This document shows, in pieces, positions 1 through 11,339 of a stretch of DNA of 33,605 nt. The position numbers and the translations under genes were made by a program. Position 1 is the first letter of the stretch; every line of letters starts with the position of its first letter. This DNA comes from Dimargaris cristalligena. Its lineage: Eukaryota. The notes beneath the pieces were generated by a model. It saw nothing but the letters and a program-made list of their open reading frames with translations, searched no databases and was not told the origin of the DNA. The stretch spans positions 1 to 33,605 of the forward strand of contig ML002404.1 in NCBI GenBank assembly GCA_003614675.1. The letters run 5' to 3'.

Positions 1-1922
1 AGAGAAAGGGATGAGAAGGTCCCAGAATATTGGATGACTAAGTAGAGGGAAAGGGAGGGGAGTTCCCAGACAATAATATTAGTTATTATAAAAGAATAGG
101 TAATACTTGGGTAACCAATAAATTCAATCGTGAGTAGGAACCGACTCATATGGACGGGCCCGCTTAAAAAGGGGAAGTCCAAGTATTGGCTCGCGTTCAA
201 CGTCGGCGCCCCGGACAGTTTCCGAATGTGGGAGGACCGGAAGGCCACTTGTTGGGCCCAGCGGGCGCTCGGTTCCCGCCGGGGATCAAAACCGTACCGA
301 ATCCACCGGAGATTCCACGGACCCGCGCGCATCACGTAGGCAAAAGGTCCCAACAGAATTTTCGGGTCGTTGGTCACATCCCGCAGGCGATCCAAATGGC
401 CCTCGGCCTGCAGTTCGGATCCCAGCCGGTGGAGCAGTTCCGAGCGCGGCCAGATGGGCTGCTCCCGGAAATACCGGGAAAGGTGCTCGAGCACGACAGG
501 GGGGCAGGTTTGTTGGGCCCGCTGGAGCAGGGCACTGGCGGGTTGCTGGGGTAGGGTCATGTCCTCGTAATGACCGACGGTAAAGGTACGAATTGCGTTG
601 ACGCGCCGGTTGAACAGAACCGGTTCCTCCGGTTGGTCAATGTATTTGGGGATGTAGGATTTAACGGCAGAGGCGCTTTGGCGGTACTGGTAATTCATCG
701 GCTGCATTACTTGGCTAATGACGGGCCCTGGGATATGGGAAAAGGTGAGAAGACCCTCCGCATCCACTAGCTGATTCATATGAAACGAGGGAATACGATC
801 CCCTAATACACATGTCGTAAAGATTGGATGTGAAGTAATCAAGAATAATTATAAGGATACAGGGATTAGTTCTAGGATGGCACACGTTTATGCGATGTTA
901 AGGAGATAATCGGGTAGTGTAAGTATGTTTATAGGGCATTATGATAAACCATTCACGTATACAATCACCAGCGGGGCACTTACGGTCCAGAGTCTCGCTG
1001 GCCCGCTTAAATTGAGCCAGCGGGTCGTTGAGCGACGATGAAATTTGATAATCGGCCAATCCTGTGATATAGCATAAGGTTGGTATTATATTCAAACAAA
1101 TCTTGCAAATTAGCGCAACGGCATATATAAACTGTAAGCCATATCGGCCATGACAAAAAAAAACACTTAGGATCAAAATACAGTCCCAAAAATGTCGGCT
1201 GGAGGAAATTCCATCCAATCTGCCTACCTCGAAAGCGGCCCGTTTGAGAGATGAACCCACACACTTCGGTGCTCATTTTAAGGATCTGCACGTCCTCTTC
1301 ATCATCGGTTAGACTATCCCCAGACAGTGGTGGTGGAAGAGGGTTGGTGCGTGCCACTTGCTTGCGGCGACGTATCCGACGGGTGACCTTGATGAGAATA
1401 TTTCCCGTACGGCTTATTTGACCCCGAATGGAATGGCTGAAGGGGTCTTCGTAGCGGTACCGCAGTTCGAGGGCTCCGTTTTTGGATTGATAGGCCTATT
1501 GCAACAACGGTGCATTATATAGTACATTGTATATTTTACCGTGATATTAGTCAAGACAGTACTCAGATAGGTGGCGAGGCATAGCTAGTGAATATATAGC
1601 TAGCTATCAGAAATTTAAATATCCGCAAGTTGGCATGGGGTGAGGAAATATTCCCAGATAAGGAAAGCCGGCTGCTGCTGCCTTGCCCCAGTCCCCAACC
1701 ATAAGCCAGTCTGAATTATAGTGGTTAAAAAAAGAGGGAGGGGGAGTTTTGCTCCGCTGAACCTACCTGATCGATTGCCAGGGGACCCCCTAATGTCCGG
1801 AGCACTTTAGTGACATCGCGCACATGCCCCGGATACTCGACCATGAAGAAATCGCGCATGGGCACAACGCCTTCCGGGGCAGCCTCGTAGGCAGGGGGAG
1901 GTGGTGCCGAGTTAGAAGCCAT
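1..1922 (-). CDS. TFC1: RNA polymerase III transcription factor TFIIIC tau95 subunit (Tfc1/Sfc1/GTF3C5), 3' end outside window
   Basis: Manual exons (minus strand): 1922-1767, 1495-1228, 1061-984, 802-146 (acceptor could alternatively be 766; the GTCGGT donor at 145 is tentative), and 37-<1. The spliced protein has tau95 motifs FFMVEYPGHV..LRTLGG, LELRYRYEDPFSH, NILIKV, RFRGLADYQ, YFREQPIW and AYVMRAGPWNLRWIRYGFDPR. Donors GTAGGT/GTAGGC/GTAAGT give consistent phases. Confidence 0.9.
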
Positions 1923-2965
1923 GACCAGTATGTCAAAGACGGGAAAATGAAATCAAATAAAGTAGATAGAGGCAATGGAGTCACAATGTAAGGCCTAGAG
2001 TATGTGGAGGGACAAAATATACGTAGCTTCAATAAAGAAATGGAGGACAATGTGCTCAAAGTTGGAATGAAGCTACCTGTGGGTAAATTGGTAAATTTCA
2101 GAATAAGGGGAGTCGCCTCATTCTGGTCTTACTCCAAGAAGGCCTAGTATAGCTATTGCCAATGGGCCCCAATGACCAACCAAAGGTGCCCCTCCCTTCA
2201 ACACTTTATAGGGCTTTGGGTTACACTAAATGGCATTATATATTCGGTAAACGCAAAGCAGTCGATCTAACCAGGCAGAAGAACCCCTGGCATAACTATA
2301 ACACGTCCGTAGCTGCGAAAGTATTTCTAAACAAACCCAGCAATGACCATTTCATATCTGCCCCGCCATATAAGTTTAATAAATTGAAATCTCCAAAAGA
2401 CACCACAACTCACCTACAATCTCTTCTGGCACCATTAAGTTACAACTGACAGCAACCTCCTACAAAGGCATACAAATTAAGCCAGAATATGACCACGCCC
2501 TTTTAAGTAGGTGAATCTACAACTTTATAGTAATAGATGATGTCAACAATCATCCGTACGATTATAAAAATAAATAAAAATATATGAGCAGCGGAAACGA
2601 TAATAAGAGAAGCCGAAAGTAAAGCCGGTGGGTGGGTTACATACCCAATTCAGAAAGAACAGGGAAAATCCAGCTGAGGTGGAGAAATTGGCGCAAAAAA
2701 TGATTAATCGAAACAAATCAGGTGAAAAAACAGCAAACAGGCTTGAGGTTAAATAACGTGGAAGAGAGAGGATAATGGGGAGGAGGTGATTATGAGCAGC
2801 TTACGCTAAGATGTGGAGAATCCCCAGTACATTTTGGTCGTTTAAGTAAAGAGAGGCGCAGTGAGGTGGGGAAGGGGAGGAGAGAGTGAAAGAGGCTGGG
2901 CGAGAATGGTTATAAACCCCGTTGATCGGATACACTAGGAGACCCGTTCCAATGATTTTAATAGA

Positions 2966-5905
2966 TTAGGAATTCCGGGCTGTCCGGATATCGCCGTTGC
3001 CCTCTTCGTCATCCACATCGCTGGAAATTTCAAAGAGGACCTGACCCTCTTCGTGGCCCGTAATGGGCGTGGGGGAAGGAAGTTTGCTGGCCCCATTCGA
3101 TCCGGAGCGAGGTTGTCCAGCATCGCCCCCATCTAATAGAGGGTTAGACTGGGGGCGACTGGAGTTTCCGTTTTGGTTAAGAGTGGCCTCATCGTCCTCT
3201 TCGTCGTCCTCGCCAAAGGCATCGTACATATCCCGGGTGGCCGTAAATTGCCGGGCCGGGTGATCATAATCATCGTCGTAGTCCCGGTAGGCCACGCCTT
3301 GCTGACCATGGCTGACCAGGCTATGGCCCTCCTCGGACTCGTGTTGCACAAAGCGGCTACGCGGGTCGCCGGAGCCTGCTACTCCACTGACATCACCAGC
3401 ACCATCGTGATCAGTATTGGATAGAGGGGCGAATTCGTACGAATCCGTCGACGGCCGACGGCTTTGAATCCACCGGCGCACCAGATAGACACCTGCACTC
3501 AGTATAAGGGCAAGAATTAACCCGATCAAAACACCTAAGGCCGAAGCATGGGACGAGCTAGAGGTACGATCCTCCGAAGCGCCGTCCGCCAGCCCCGTGG
3601 CAGATCCAGGGGCCGCCCCAGTCTGGCTTTCACCATCCTGGACTCCGCTGGAGATACTCGGTACGGACTGAGTCTCGGTAGCAGTAATGATACCATCGGC
3701 AACTTGCTCCGTGGAGGAAGAGGGTTGGGCTGCGCTGACACTTTCGGGCAGGACAATAGGGTGCAGCGGACTGGCGATGGGTTTGGGCAATTCGAAGCCG
3801 CCCTTGGGACTCTTAACACTCTCGTCAGTGGCTTCGCCCCACATGATCATGGTCCAGGCTCGTACCACGCCGGTGAATTGGCGGTGGGTATCGTCAATTA
3901 CTCTCAGAGTCCAGGTGCCCAGAGGGTCCTCGTCCCAGTGCTTGACGGACATGAAAGTCCACTGTTGGAAGCCCTTCTTGCTCTGGTCCAAGGGGCGGGG
4001 AGTAGCCAAACGAGACACGTAGTTATTGGGGGAAGTCAAGTGCACCTCAACATCGCCCCGGTACTCGTGGTCGATGTTGACAATAACGGTAATGTGTTCG
4101 AGGCGCTTAAAGTAGGATTCGTCTAGGTTGGCCTGGGTGATAGTGATGGAGGATTCGATACCTTTGGGGCCCTGGGGGATGGGTTCGTTGACCACGATGG
4201 TATCGGCTTCATACCAGGTCTGTTCGTTGACCATCTTGAAGGTCTTGGCAGCTTGAACCAGAGCCCAGCCGTCCATTTTACCGTAGCCGTACTTGTGGTT
4301 ATACAAACGGCCGTTAGCCACCTTTTGCCAGCCATCGTCATCCAAAGAGAAGGGCACCGCATTCTGCAAAACCAGGTGCTGCATATCCCGCCAGGTTAGC
4401 TCAGGCCGCACCTGAAGCACCAGAGCGAGAACACCAGAGACTAGGGGGGCGGCGGCCGACGTACCGCCATGCCGGTCAGTGCATTGGTTTAGGCCACGGT
4501 CTGTGGTGGTGATGTACTTGCCACTCCCGCTACTGTACGCCACCACCAGTTGGGCGGAACAGGGTTCGGAGTAGTAGGGATGACGTTCCATGTGATCGAT
4601 GGCGCCCACCGAAATGGTGTAGATACTGTTGGTGTAGCCGTCGAAGTTACAGTTGTCGCTAAAGTAGCCCCCGTTGCCGGTGGCAAACACGAAGATGCTG
4701 CCCAGGCCTCCGCGGCCCTTTTGGATCCCGTTGATCATGGCGTCCAGAATTAGTTCGTTCGGTGCCTCCATGGCCTTGCCGTCGTCGGCGGGGCCCCAGC
4801 TGCAGGAGTAGATGGAGGTCTTTTGGAAGTTGTAGTTAAGCGACAGAGCCTCATCGACGTCGGTGATGACCCCGGATAGAATACGCAGACCGGAGATTTT
4901 GGCGTCGTAGGCAATCCCCAGGCCGCAAATACCGTTTTTAACGGCCGCGATTTCACCGGCACACCGAGTGCCGTGGTAGTCCTCGGGGGTGGTGGGAGTG
5001 GGGTACTTGGTGTGATTATTAAAGTCGTAAGAACCCTCAAGGTCAAAATTATCCTTAAGGTCGAGGCTGGTGTAGTCCAAGCCATCGTCAATCATCCCCA
5101 CCCGAATGCCCTTGCCAGTGATACCCTCCCGCCACAGCTCAGTGACATTAAGGTCGTGGAGTTTGTCCTCGTCGTTGCGCAGGTGCCACTGCTCTGGGAA
5201 GAGCGGATCGGCAATCGCCAGAAACTTCTCAATGGGGACCAGGGGATCCGCGGGTTGATTTTGGCCCACGGGCACTGGTGGGGCCGCCTCGGGGGTGGGG
5301 GCCCGCTTAAACCGTTGCCGCATAACCTGCCGGCGCAGGAGGCGCACCGACTGGGCCGTATCTACCCAGCGACGGTGCAGGGTGTTGGGGTACAGCTCCG
5401 CCGACCGTTTGATAAAAGCGAATAGTTCGAGAACAGGATCCTGGTATGACCTTTTATTGATAGAACGGCGGGAGAGGGGGCTATTCCCACCGGGCAGTTG
5501 TTCTTCTTCCTCCTCTTCTGCTGCCTGTAGGGAGGCCGCGTAAGCATCCGCATCCGGTGGACCGTCCTCCGGGGTGCGTGGGCGACTACCCACGTACCAT
5601 CCGTCGATGGAGCCGAGGGGCCAGGTGTCCCTCATTTCCAAAATGCTAGAGACTTCGCGGGCCAAGTGCAAACCCTCCCGCCGGTTCAGAGTTGACGGGG
5701 TGTGGAGTTGGTAGGCGTAATATACAAGGTCCCGGTGATTGAGGGGAGGGACATGGGTGGAAGGGTCGGGATTGGCGTCTCCATCGGGGAAGGCTAGGAC
5801 GCCACCCCTTCCTGAGCCAGACGAAGCGAGGAAGGCACAAAGCAAAGTCAGACCATAAAGACATTGGCGGCGGTTACGCCCTGGACGGGCCTCGGGGAAT
5901 AACAT
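2966..5905 (-). CDS. KEX2: Kexin (Kex2/furin-type subtilisin-like proprotein convertase), single exon, 979 aa
   Basis: Signal peptide; prodomain ending RFKR; catalytic motifs IDDG (Asp), HGTRCAGE (His), GNGG (oxyanion Asn) and GGTSAAAP (Ser). Also a P-domain (LEHITV..RGDVEVHLTSP..WTFMSVKHWDE), an S/T-rich stalk, a TM helix, and a cytosolic tail with YEF and acidic clusters. Confidence 0.97.
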   Translation of the reverse strand: MLFPEARPGRNRRQCLYGLTLLCAFLASSGSGRGGVLAFPDGDANPDPSTHVPPLNHRDLVYYAYQLHTPSTLNRREGLHLAREVSSILEMRDTWPLGSIDGWYVGSRPRTPEDGPPDADAYAASLQAAEEEEEEQLPGGNSPLSRRSINKRSYQDPVLELFAFIKRSAELYPNTLHRRWVDTAQSVRLLRRQVMRQRFKRAPTPEAAPPVPVGQNQPADPLVPIEKFLAIADPLFPEQWHLRNDEDKLHDLNVTELWREGITGKGIRVGMIDDGLDYTSLDLKDNFDLEGSYDFNNHTKYPTPTTPEDYHGTRCAGEIAAVKNGICGLGIAYDAKISGLRILSGVITDVDEALSLNYNFQKTSIYSCSWGPADDGKAMEAPNELILDAMINGIQKGRGGLGSIFVFATGNGGYFSDNCNFDGYTNSIYTISVGAIDHMERHPYYSEPCSAQLVVAYSSGSGKYITTTDRGLNQCTDRHGGTSAAAPLVSGVLALVLQVRPELTWRDMQHLVLQNAVPFSLDDDGWQKVANGRLYNHKYGYGKMDGWALVQAAKTFKMVNEQTWYEADTIVVNEPIPQGPKGIESSITITQANLDESYFKRLEHITVIVNIDHEYRGDVEVHLTSPNNYVSRLATPRPLDQSKKGFQQWTFMSVKHWDEDPLGTWTLRVIDDTHRQFTGVVRAWTMIMWGEATDESVKSPKGGFELPKPIASPLHPIVLPESVSAAQPSSSTEQVADGIITATETQSVPSISSGVQDGESQTGAAPGSATGLADGASEDRTSSSSHASALGVLIGLILALILSAGVYLVRRWIQSRRPSTDSYEFAPLSNTDHDGAGDVSGVAGSGDPRSRFVQHESEEGHSLVSHGQQGVAYRDYDDDYDHPARQFTATRDMYDAFGEDDEEDDEATLNQNGNSSRPQSNPLLDGGDAGQPRSGSNGASKLPSPTPITGHEEGQVLFEISSDVDDEEGNGDIRTARNS

Positions 5906-6188
5906 GGCGGCCGAACAGTAACGTCTGAATTCAGAAGTCGTTCAGGATCACCAGGAGCGGTGGTGGTAAAGCAAGCGGAGGTGAGAGATATGAGATGAGA
6001 AGAGAGGAGAGAACCAGGTCAGCGAGGGGAAATAGCGGAGTGCGAAGCGGATTTTCGGGACGAGCACTCCTTAAGGGGGGTATAAACCAACAAGGCGAAG
6101 GCTATGTAGTGGAGATGAGGGGAAGAGGGTTTATCGGCACCTTAAAAAGCTCTGAAGGTAGGCAAAGCGAAGGGATGAAAAAGAACGA

Positions 6189-6210
6189 AGAGAGAGAGAG
6201 AGAGAGAGAG
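6189..6210. repeat. (AG)11 microsatellite in the KEX2/AMSH divergent intergenic region
   Basis: Direct reading. Confidence 0.9.
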
Positions 6211-7108
6211 AAAAGACCAGGTAGGTTTGTCGACAACAATAGCTTCAAGCGACATATAGCACAGCCAGGAGCAGCAGTAGACGGTGCAGGAGGTGGAGCC
6301 AAGACAAACCCTAGCCTGATTGATGGACAATTAATTCGGGAAATCTTTATACCAGAATCGCGCTCGCACTCGCCCCCGTCAGCGACTATACTAATATCTA
6401 GGGACGTTGGGCTCTGTGAAGGTGGTGTGGTGTCTCGCCTATATTATTGCAGGGACAACTATAATCTCTACCAGTTGATTCGCAAGCCCCTCACCTCAAT
6501 CACCACCTCCTCCCAATGTGGGTGGCACAAGCCTGGGCTCAGAGGCACATGGTTTACTACTTACTAACCTCTACTGGTTCTCACCGGGTAGCTGGGGCGC
6601 ATAATAACTTACACAAGGAGGCGGCTGCTTCAATCGGGCTTGGTCAGGCAGGTATCGGGTAGTTTAGTTAGACAATCGTTGCAAACAAAACCAAAGTGGG
6701 CGAGATTTTCTGGCTGGTATTTATATGATATGATCCCACTAAGAGAAGGCTAGCGCATACAGCATGGGCCGTCCTCCATGTCTGTATGCAGTAGTACACC
6801 TCACCTCACCACAATACACAGCCGACTTGGCCTGTACTATATACTACACCCCAACTCATCTTCATACTTCAAAACCCTTCGGACAACTCCGTGTTACTCT
6901 TCCCCGTTGTTTACCTCTTCGCCAACCTTCACTAAACTACTAATACGTTCCTCGATATATACCGGGCAGCCCTTCTTCCCGGCCATTTTACATAACATTC
7001 CCCTTGGTTCGCCTCCTATATTGTTGGTTTGTTTTGTAGTTGTATTCTTTTTCTTCACTGCCTCCCCTTCTCCTCTCGCTCACTCACTCGCCGAGTCTTG
7101 GCATTTCC

Positions 7109-10100
7109 ATGGCCCCCTGCGCATCCACTGAAGCATGGCCCGAGAAAGGGCAGGGCGGCGTCGGCCCGGAACTAGCCCCGCTGGCCACCCTACACCAATT
7201 CCAGCTCCAAACCGAACCCATCCAACAAGCCAGCCGGGATAATTCCTCCCGGCGATCTTCATCGTCCATTTACTGCGAGCCCACCCTACCCATCGTCACC
7301 ATCGTCGAACTCAACCGCCTCGCCGAGGTCACTCTCGATCCCCGCTACTCCATCGGCAAATACGCCCTCTCGTCGCAAAGTATGCTCCAACAGGCCAAAA
7401 CCTACATGCAGGAAGGCAACCTCAACCGGGCCTACATTCTCTATCTGCGCTACACGACGCTATTGCTCCGGGAACTGCCCCAGCACCCCGACTACCACCG
7501 GGACGAGTCCAAAAAATACATATCGCATATGAAAAAATGCTGCCAGTTCGCCCTCGACCAGCTCGAGAAAATGAAGGCCTTTATTGAGGTTCGTAATGCC
7601 GAGTACTTCCGGGAGTTGGGCGCCGTGAGCCCGGCCCCCACTAGTTCCGCTTCCCATCTCCAACTTCCGCCCGGAGCCCAACACCAAAACCATCACCACG
7701 CCCATGCCAGTACGGCGGGCCCGGCATCACATCCACCATCGAACCAGTCGGTATCCGCGAGCTCCTACACTCCTGAACCATCCTCAGCATCATCATTCAA
7801 CCACGTGCCCAAACCCACTGAGTCCATCCCTGCACTGCCGGTCCGGGCCTCCATGGATGAAGGTACCCCCTATACGGCGGACACCGGCCGCCCCCGCGCT
7901 GCCACCGTAGCCATCCCTGCCCCGCCCGGCAAACCTAAACACGACTGGTCAATCAGCCACGCTCTGGGCAACCTAAAGATGTCTACCGCTAAGCTGACCG
8001 GGAAAACTAAAGTTAAACCAGCCCCTGCTCCAGCCCCAATGCCGGCCCCGACGGTATCCCAACCTCCCCCCACCGCCCAGCCCATTTCTCCCGCCCCACC
8101 CACTAGCGTACCGCTACCCGCTCGTACGGCATCATCGAGCCACCATAGCGTTCCCCTGGAGTCCCAGTCCTATGCTTCCATTCATTCGGTTCCACCGAAC
8201 GGCAACTCCCAGCAGGCTGCCAGTTACCTTCGACCGGTCCCACCCCCACCCTATTCCGTAGGCCAGGACCAGGGGGGCTCGTTCCACTCCGACTATCCCT
8301 CGGCATCTTCGGTGGCCTCCCCCGCCGCCTATGTGCCATCCCCACAGCTCGAACCAACTCGGCCCATGCCCACTCCGGCCGCCAAATCTACCTACTCCTA
8401 TTCCAAGAATCAATTAGCTTCGCCGGACTTCCGAAGCCGACCAGCCCCCCAACGCCCCGAGCCGATTCCGGAAAGCCGGTCCTACACCGTGATCTCGCCA
8501 TCCAGCACACCCACCGCCGTCGTACCCGCTAACCATAACCCCCACCACCAACCGTACCCCTCGCTGAACGCACAGGTCCCCTCACCCTCCGCACCCGGCC
8601 AACATGGCTCGGGCTCGGGCTCAGGCTCAAACTACAAACCCTGGCCCACCTCGCCATTCCAAGAGGAATTCACCACCGAAAATCCCGATTTCCGGGCCCA
8701 CTTCAAAAAGGGATATACCAATTTACCCGGCGGGGGCCGGGGGGTGTTCATGGAAACCTCGGTGAACTACAACTACAACCCGGCGGCGGGCCCAACCCCC
8801 CGCCCTCCACCTAAACCCGCGGGTATGGCTGGGTTTAATCAATACGGGGTCAACGGTAGCCAGGGGTCGAGCGATCCCTGGTGGGGTGGCCCTTCCCCGG
8901 CGAATTACGCAAATGACCCCAAACCCTTCAATCCAGCTTCATTCGAGACCCCCGGCCGCATCCACCACCATTACCACGACTACGCGCCGTCGAGCTACGG
9001 GCCGTCGTCCTACTCCGCATCCGCGTCATTCCAGGCCGACCCTTCGAGTGGCATGAATAGCAACTATACCCTCCACCAACCCCAGATGACGACCGAAGGG
9101 GGTGAGCCCTTGCGAACGATGCACATTCCCTTCGATATTCTGGGTAAATTCTTGGCCAAGGCCCGTTCGAATACCGACCGTAATATAGAGACCTGCGGTA
9201 TTCTGTGCGGGACTTTGAAACGGAACGAATTCTTTTTGAATACCCTGTTGATCCCGAAACAAACGGCCACCTCCGACACATGCACCACAACGAACGAGGA
9301 GGAAATCGTCGCGTACCAAATGGAACACGACCTACTTACTTTAGGCTGGATTCATGTAAGTGCCTGCGTCATATGGAGTTATATATGCATGTAATGATTA
9401 CTTCATGACGTATATTAGGAATAGGCTCTTCCCTATTATAGGTAAATGGCACACTATATTAGTAGACTAACCTTAACCGATGTATTATAATGATTATGGA
9501 CAAACTACCGCTAGACCCATCCGAGTCAGACCTGCTTTATGAGCTCACTTGACGTACATACGCACTATTCTTACCAACAGATGCTGCCGGAAGCCATTGC
9601 TATTGTGTGTGCACCCCAGCATGAGCCAAGGTAAGTTGAAATACGCCCCATTGTGGTTCGATTTATACCTGCCTTTATACAAGAGTTGGGAGACTTAAAC
9701 CGAGACGCACGAGCTCGTTTCCGGGTCTTTCTCTTGCGATTTTTCGGTGAGATAATACATATTTTACGCTCAAGGTATTTAATTGTTATGAATATGACCC
9801 CGTATACTTGTATTGATATTGATTTTTGAATGGTTTGTTCTAGTTATGGCATTTTCCGACTGACGGATCCCCCGGGCATGGGTATAATTTCGGCCTGCCG
9901 TGATAAGCGCACTTTCCACCCACACCAATCCGATGATATTTACACGGTAAGCTGAATATACCTTGGCCAACGCCATAATGAGACTGCGTCACCCTATAAC
10001 TATCGTCCGGTTAGTCTATCAACTGGGTTTCCTTCTTACTCACCTTCCCATTGACCAATATGCCAATCTGCCTAATTACATACTTTACCGTGGACTACAT

Positions 10101-10184
10101 AATACTACACCAATGCAGGAGGCCTCTGAACCGGGACATGTGTCTCTTGAACATTTTGACTTCAAAATTGTGGACATGCGGTAG
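7109..10184 (+). CDS. AMSH/STAMBP-like (Sst2) JAMM metalloprotease deubiquitinase, ~843 aa
   Basis: Exons 7109-9355, 9515-9630, 9844-9946, 10119-10184. N-terminal MIT/USP8-dimer-like domain ([21 protein letters not shown]) and a long P/S-rich linker. C-terminal JAMM domain: [31 protein letters not shown] (HxH..S..D), [27 protein letters not shown], ending IVDMR. The start at 7109 is inferred, because the ORF track begins at an upstream non-ATG codon. Confidence 0.93.
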
Positions 10185-10950
10185 AATGATATAATTCATT
10201 CCGTGGCAATGGCATGGATTGGCCCCTGATTGGAGAGAACCATGGAGACCTTCCATGGCATCATAATTATTCGAACACATGCCTCTCTCCCCTCACTATC
10301 CCACTATCGCATTTTATTAAAATATACTCCATACCTCTATATACGGCATCACCAACCTGGATTTGGTGTATTTGTCGGTTCGCCCCTACTGGCGAATCCC
10401 CAAAGAACCCTTCATATATCACAAATTCATGTAATTTCCGGTTTAACTCGCACCAATCTATCCATAAAACATTCACGGTATATTTGACAGCAGGATTGGC
10501 CGCAACTCCAAATTCATTTACCTGCCAGTCGCTTGTATTTGGTGTTATTTTGTAGCCCCAGTACCCCCTCCCCCACATTGGGACATTGTTGGAGAGATTT
10601 ACATGCTATTTTATATAATCTCTAAAGCGGATATGGGCTACTACTTTGAACTCCCGGTCTATATTTTTCTGGCCCATATAGGCTAATATAGCAGTATTCC
10701 CCAACCTCACTCTGTAAGTACGATGGTCAGTATCAAAAATATTAAGAATTATATAGATAAAAGGGTACCTCCCCCCTACTTCATCCTTTCTACTCCCCGC
10801 CCCTCTGGGGGGAATCCCTTGATAGGTTGGGGGGGAGTTCAAGACACACTACCATTGGAGAAGACGGACTCGGACCCGTCGACCTATGGTAGTAAGTCGG
10901 ACGATAGTCAACTAGAGAAATGTTCCGCCAAGAAACTGGGCTTGGATTGA

Positions 10951-11092
10951 TATGGGTGAAATTCAGTCCAGCTATATAACTGTTTGCATTATATGTGTAT
11001 GGGAGAATATATGGGAAATTTATTTTTAACCAGTAATATTGGCCTTATCAAATGGATTTTTCGTTATACAGCTTGGATGAACTTCTCCCATA
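10951..11092. mobile_element. Putative MITE with ~31-bp imperfect terminal inverted repeats
   Basis: Left ATATGGGTGAAATTCAGTCCAGCTATATAAC (10950-10980) matches the reverse complement of 11063-11093 (ATATGGGAGAAGTTCATCCAAGCTGTATAAC). Flanked by TGA..TGA (or TA..TA). A second copy lies at 33553-33605. Confidence 0.7.
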
Positions 11093-11339
11093 TGATAGTG
11101 GTGATACCGCCGAACAGGTTGAACTGTTGTGGGGTGGTTGGAAGACATTGGCAGGTGGGATGTTAGAAGGTGATCAAGGAGAGGGAGGGCGTAGCTGGGA
11201 GTGATTGTAGTGGAATTCTTGCCCCCCCCCCTACAGAGTTACTATTAGCCAGGGGTAGCCAGTCACACCCGGCCCTGTTCTCTCCCACTTAAAACTCACC
11301 ATTCATTAGGTGGAGAGAGTAGTCTGGCGAAGAAGGTTG

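Noticed and set aside
5995-6567. 190-aa ORF between KEX2 and AMSH
   Set aside because: Purine-rich antisense of the KEX2 5' region including an AG microsatellite, with no protein-like features.
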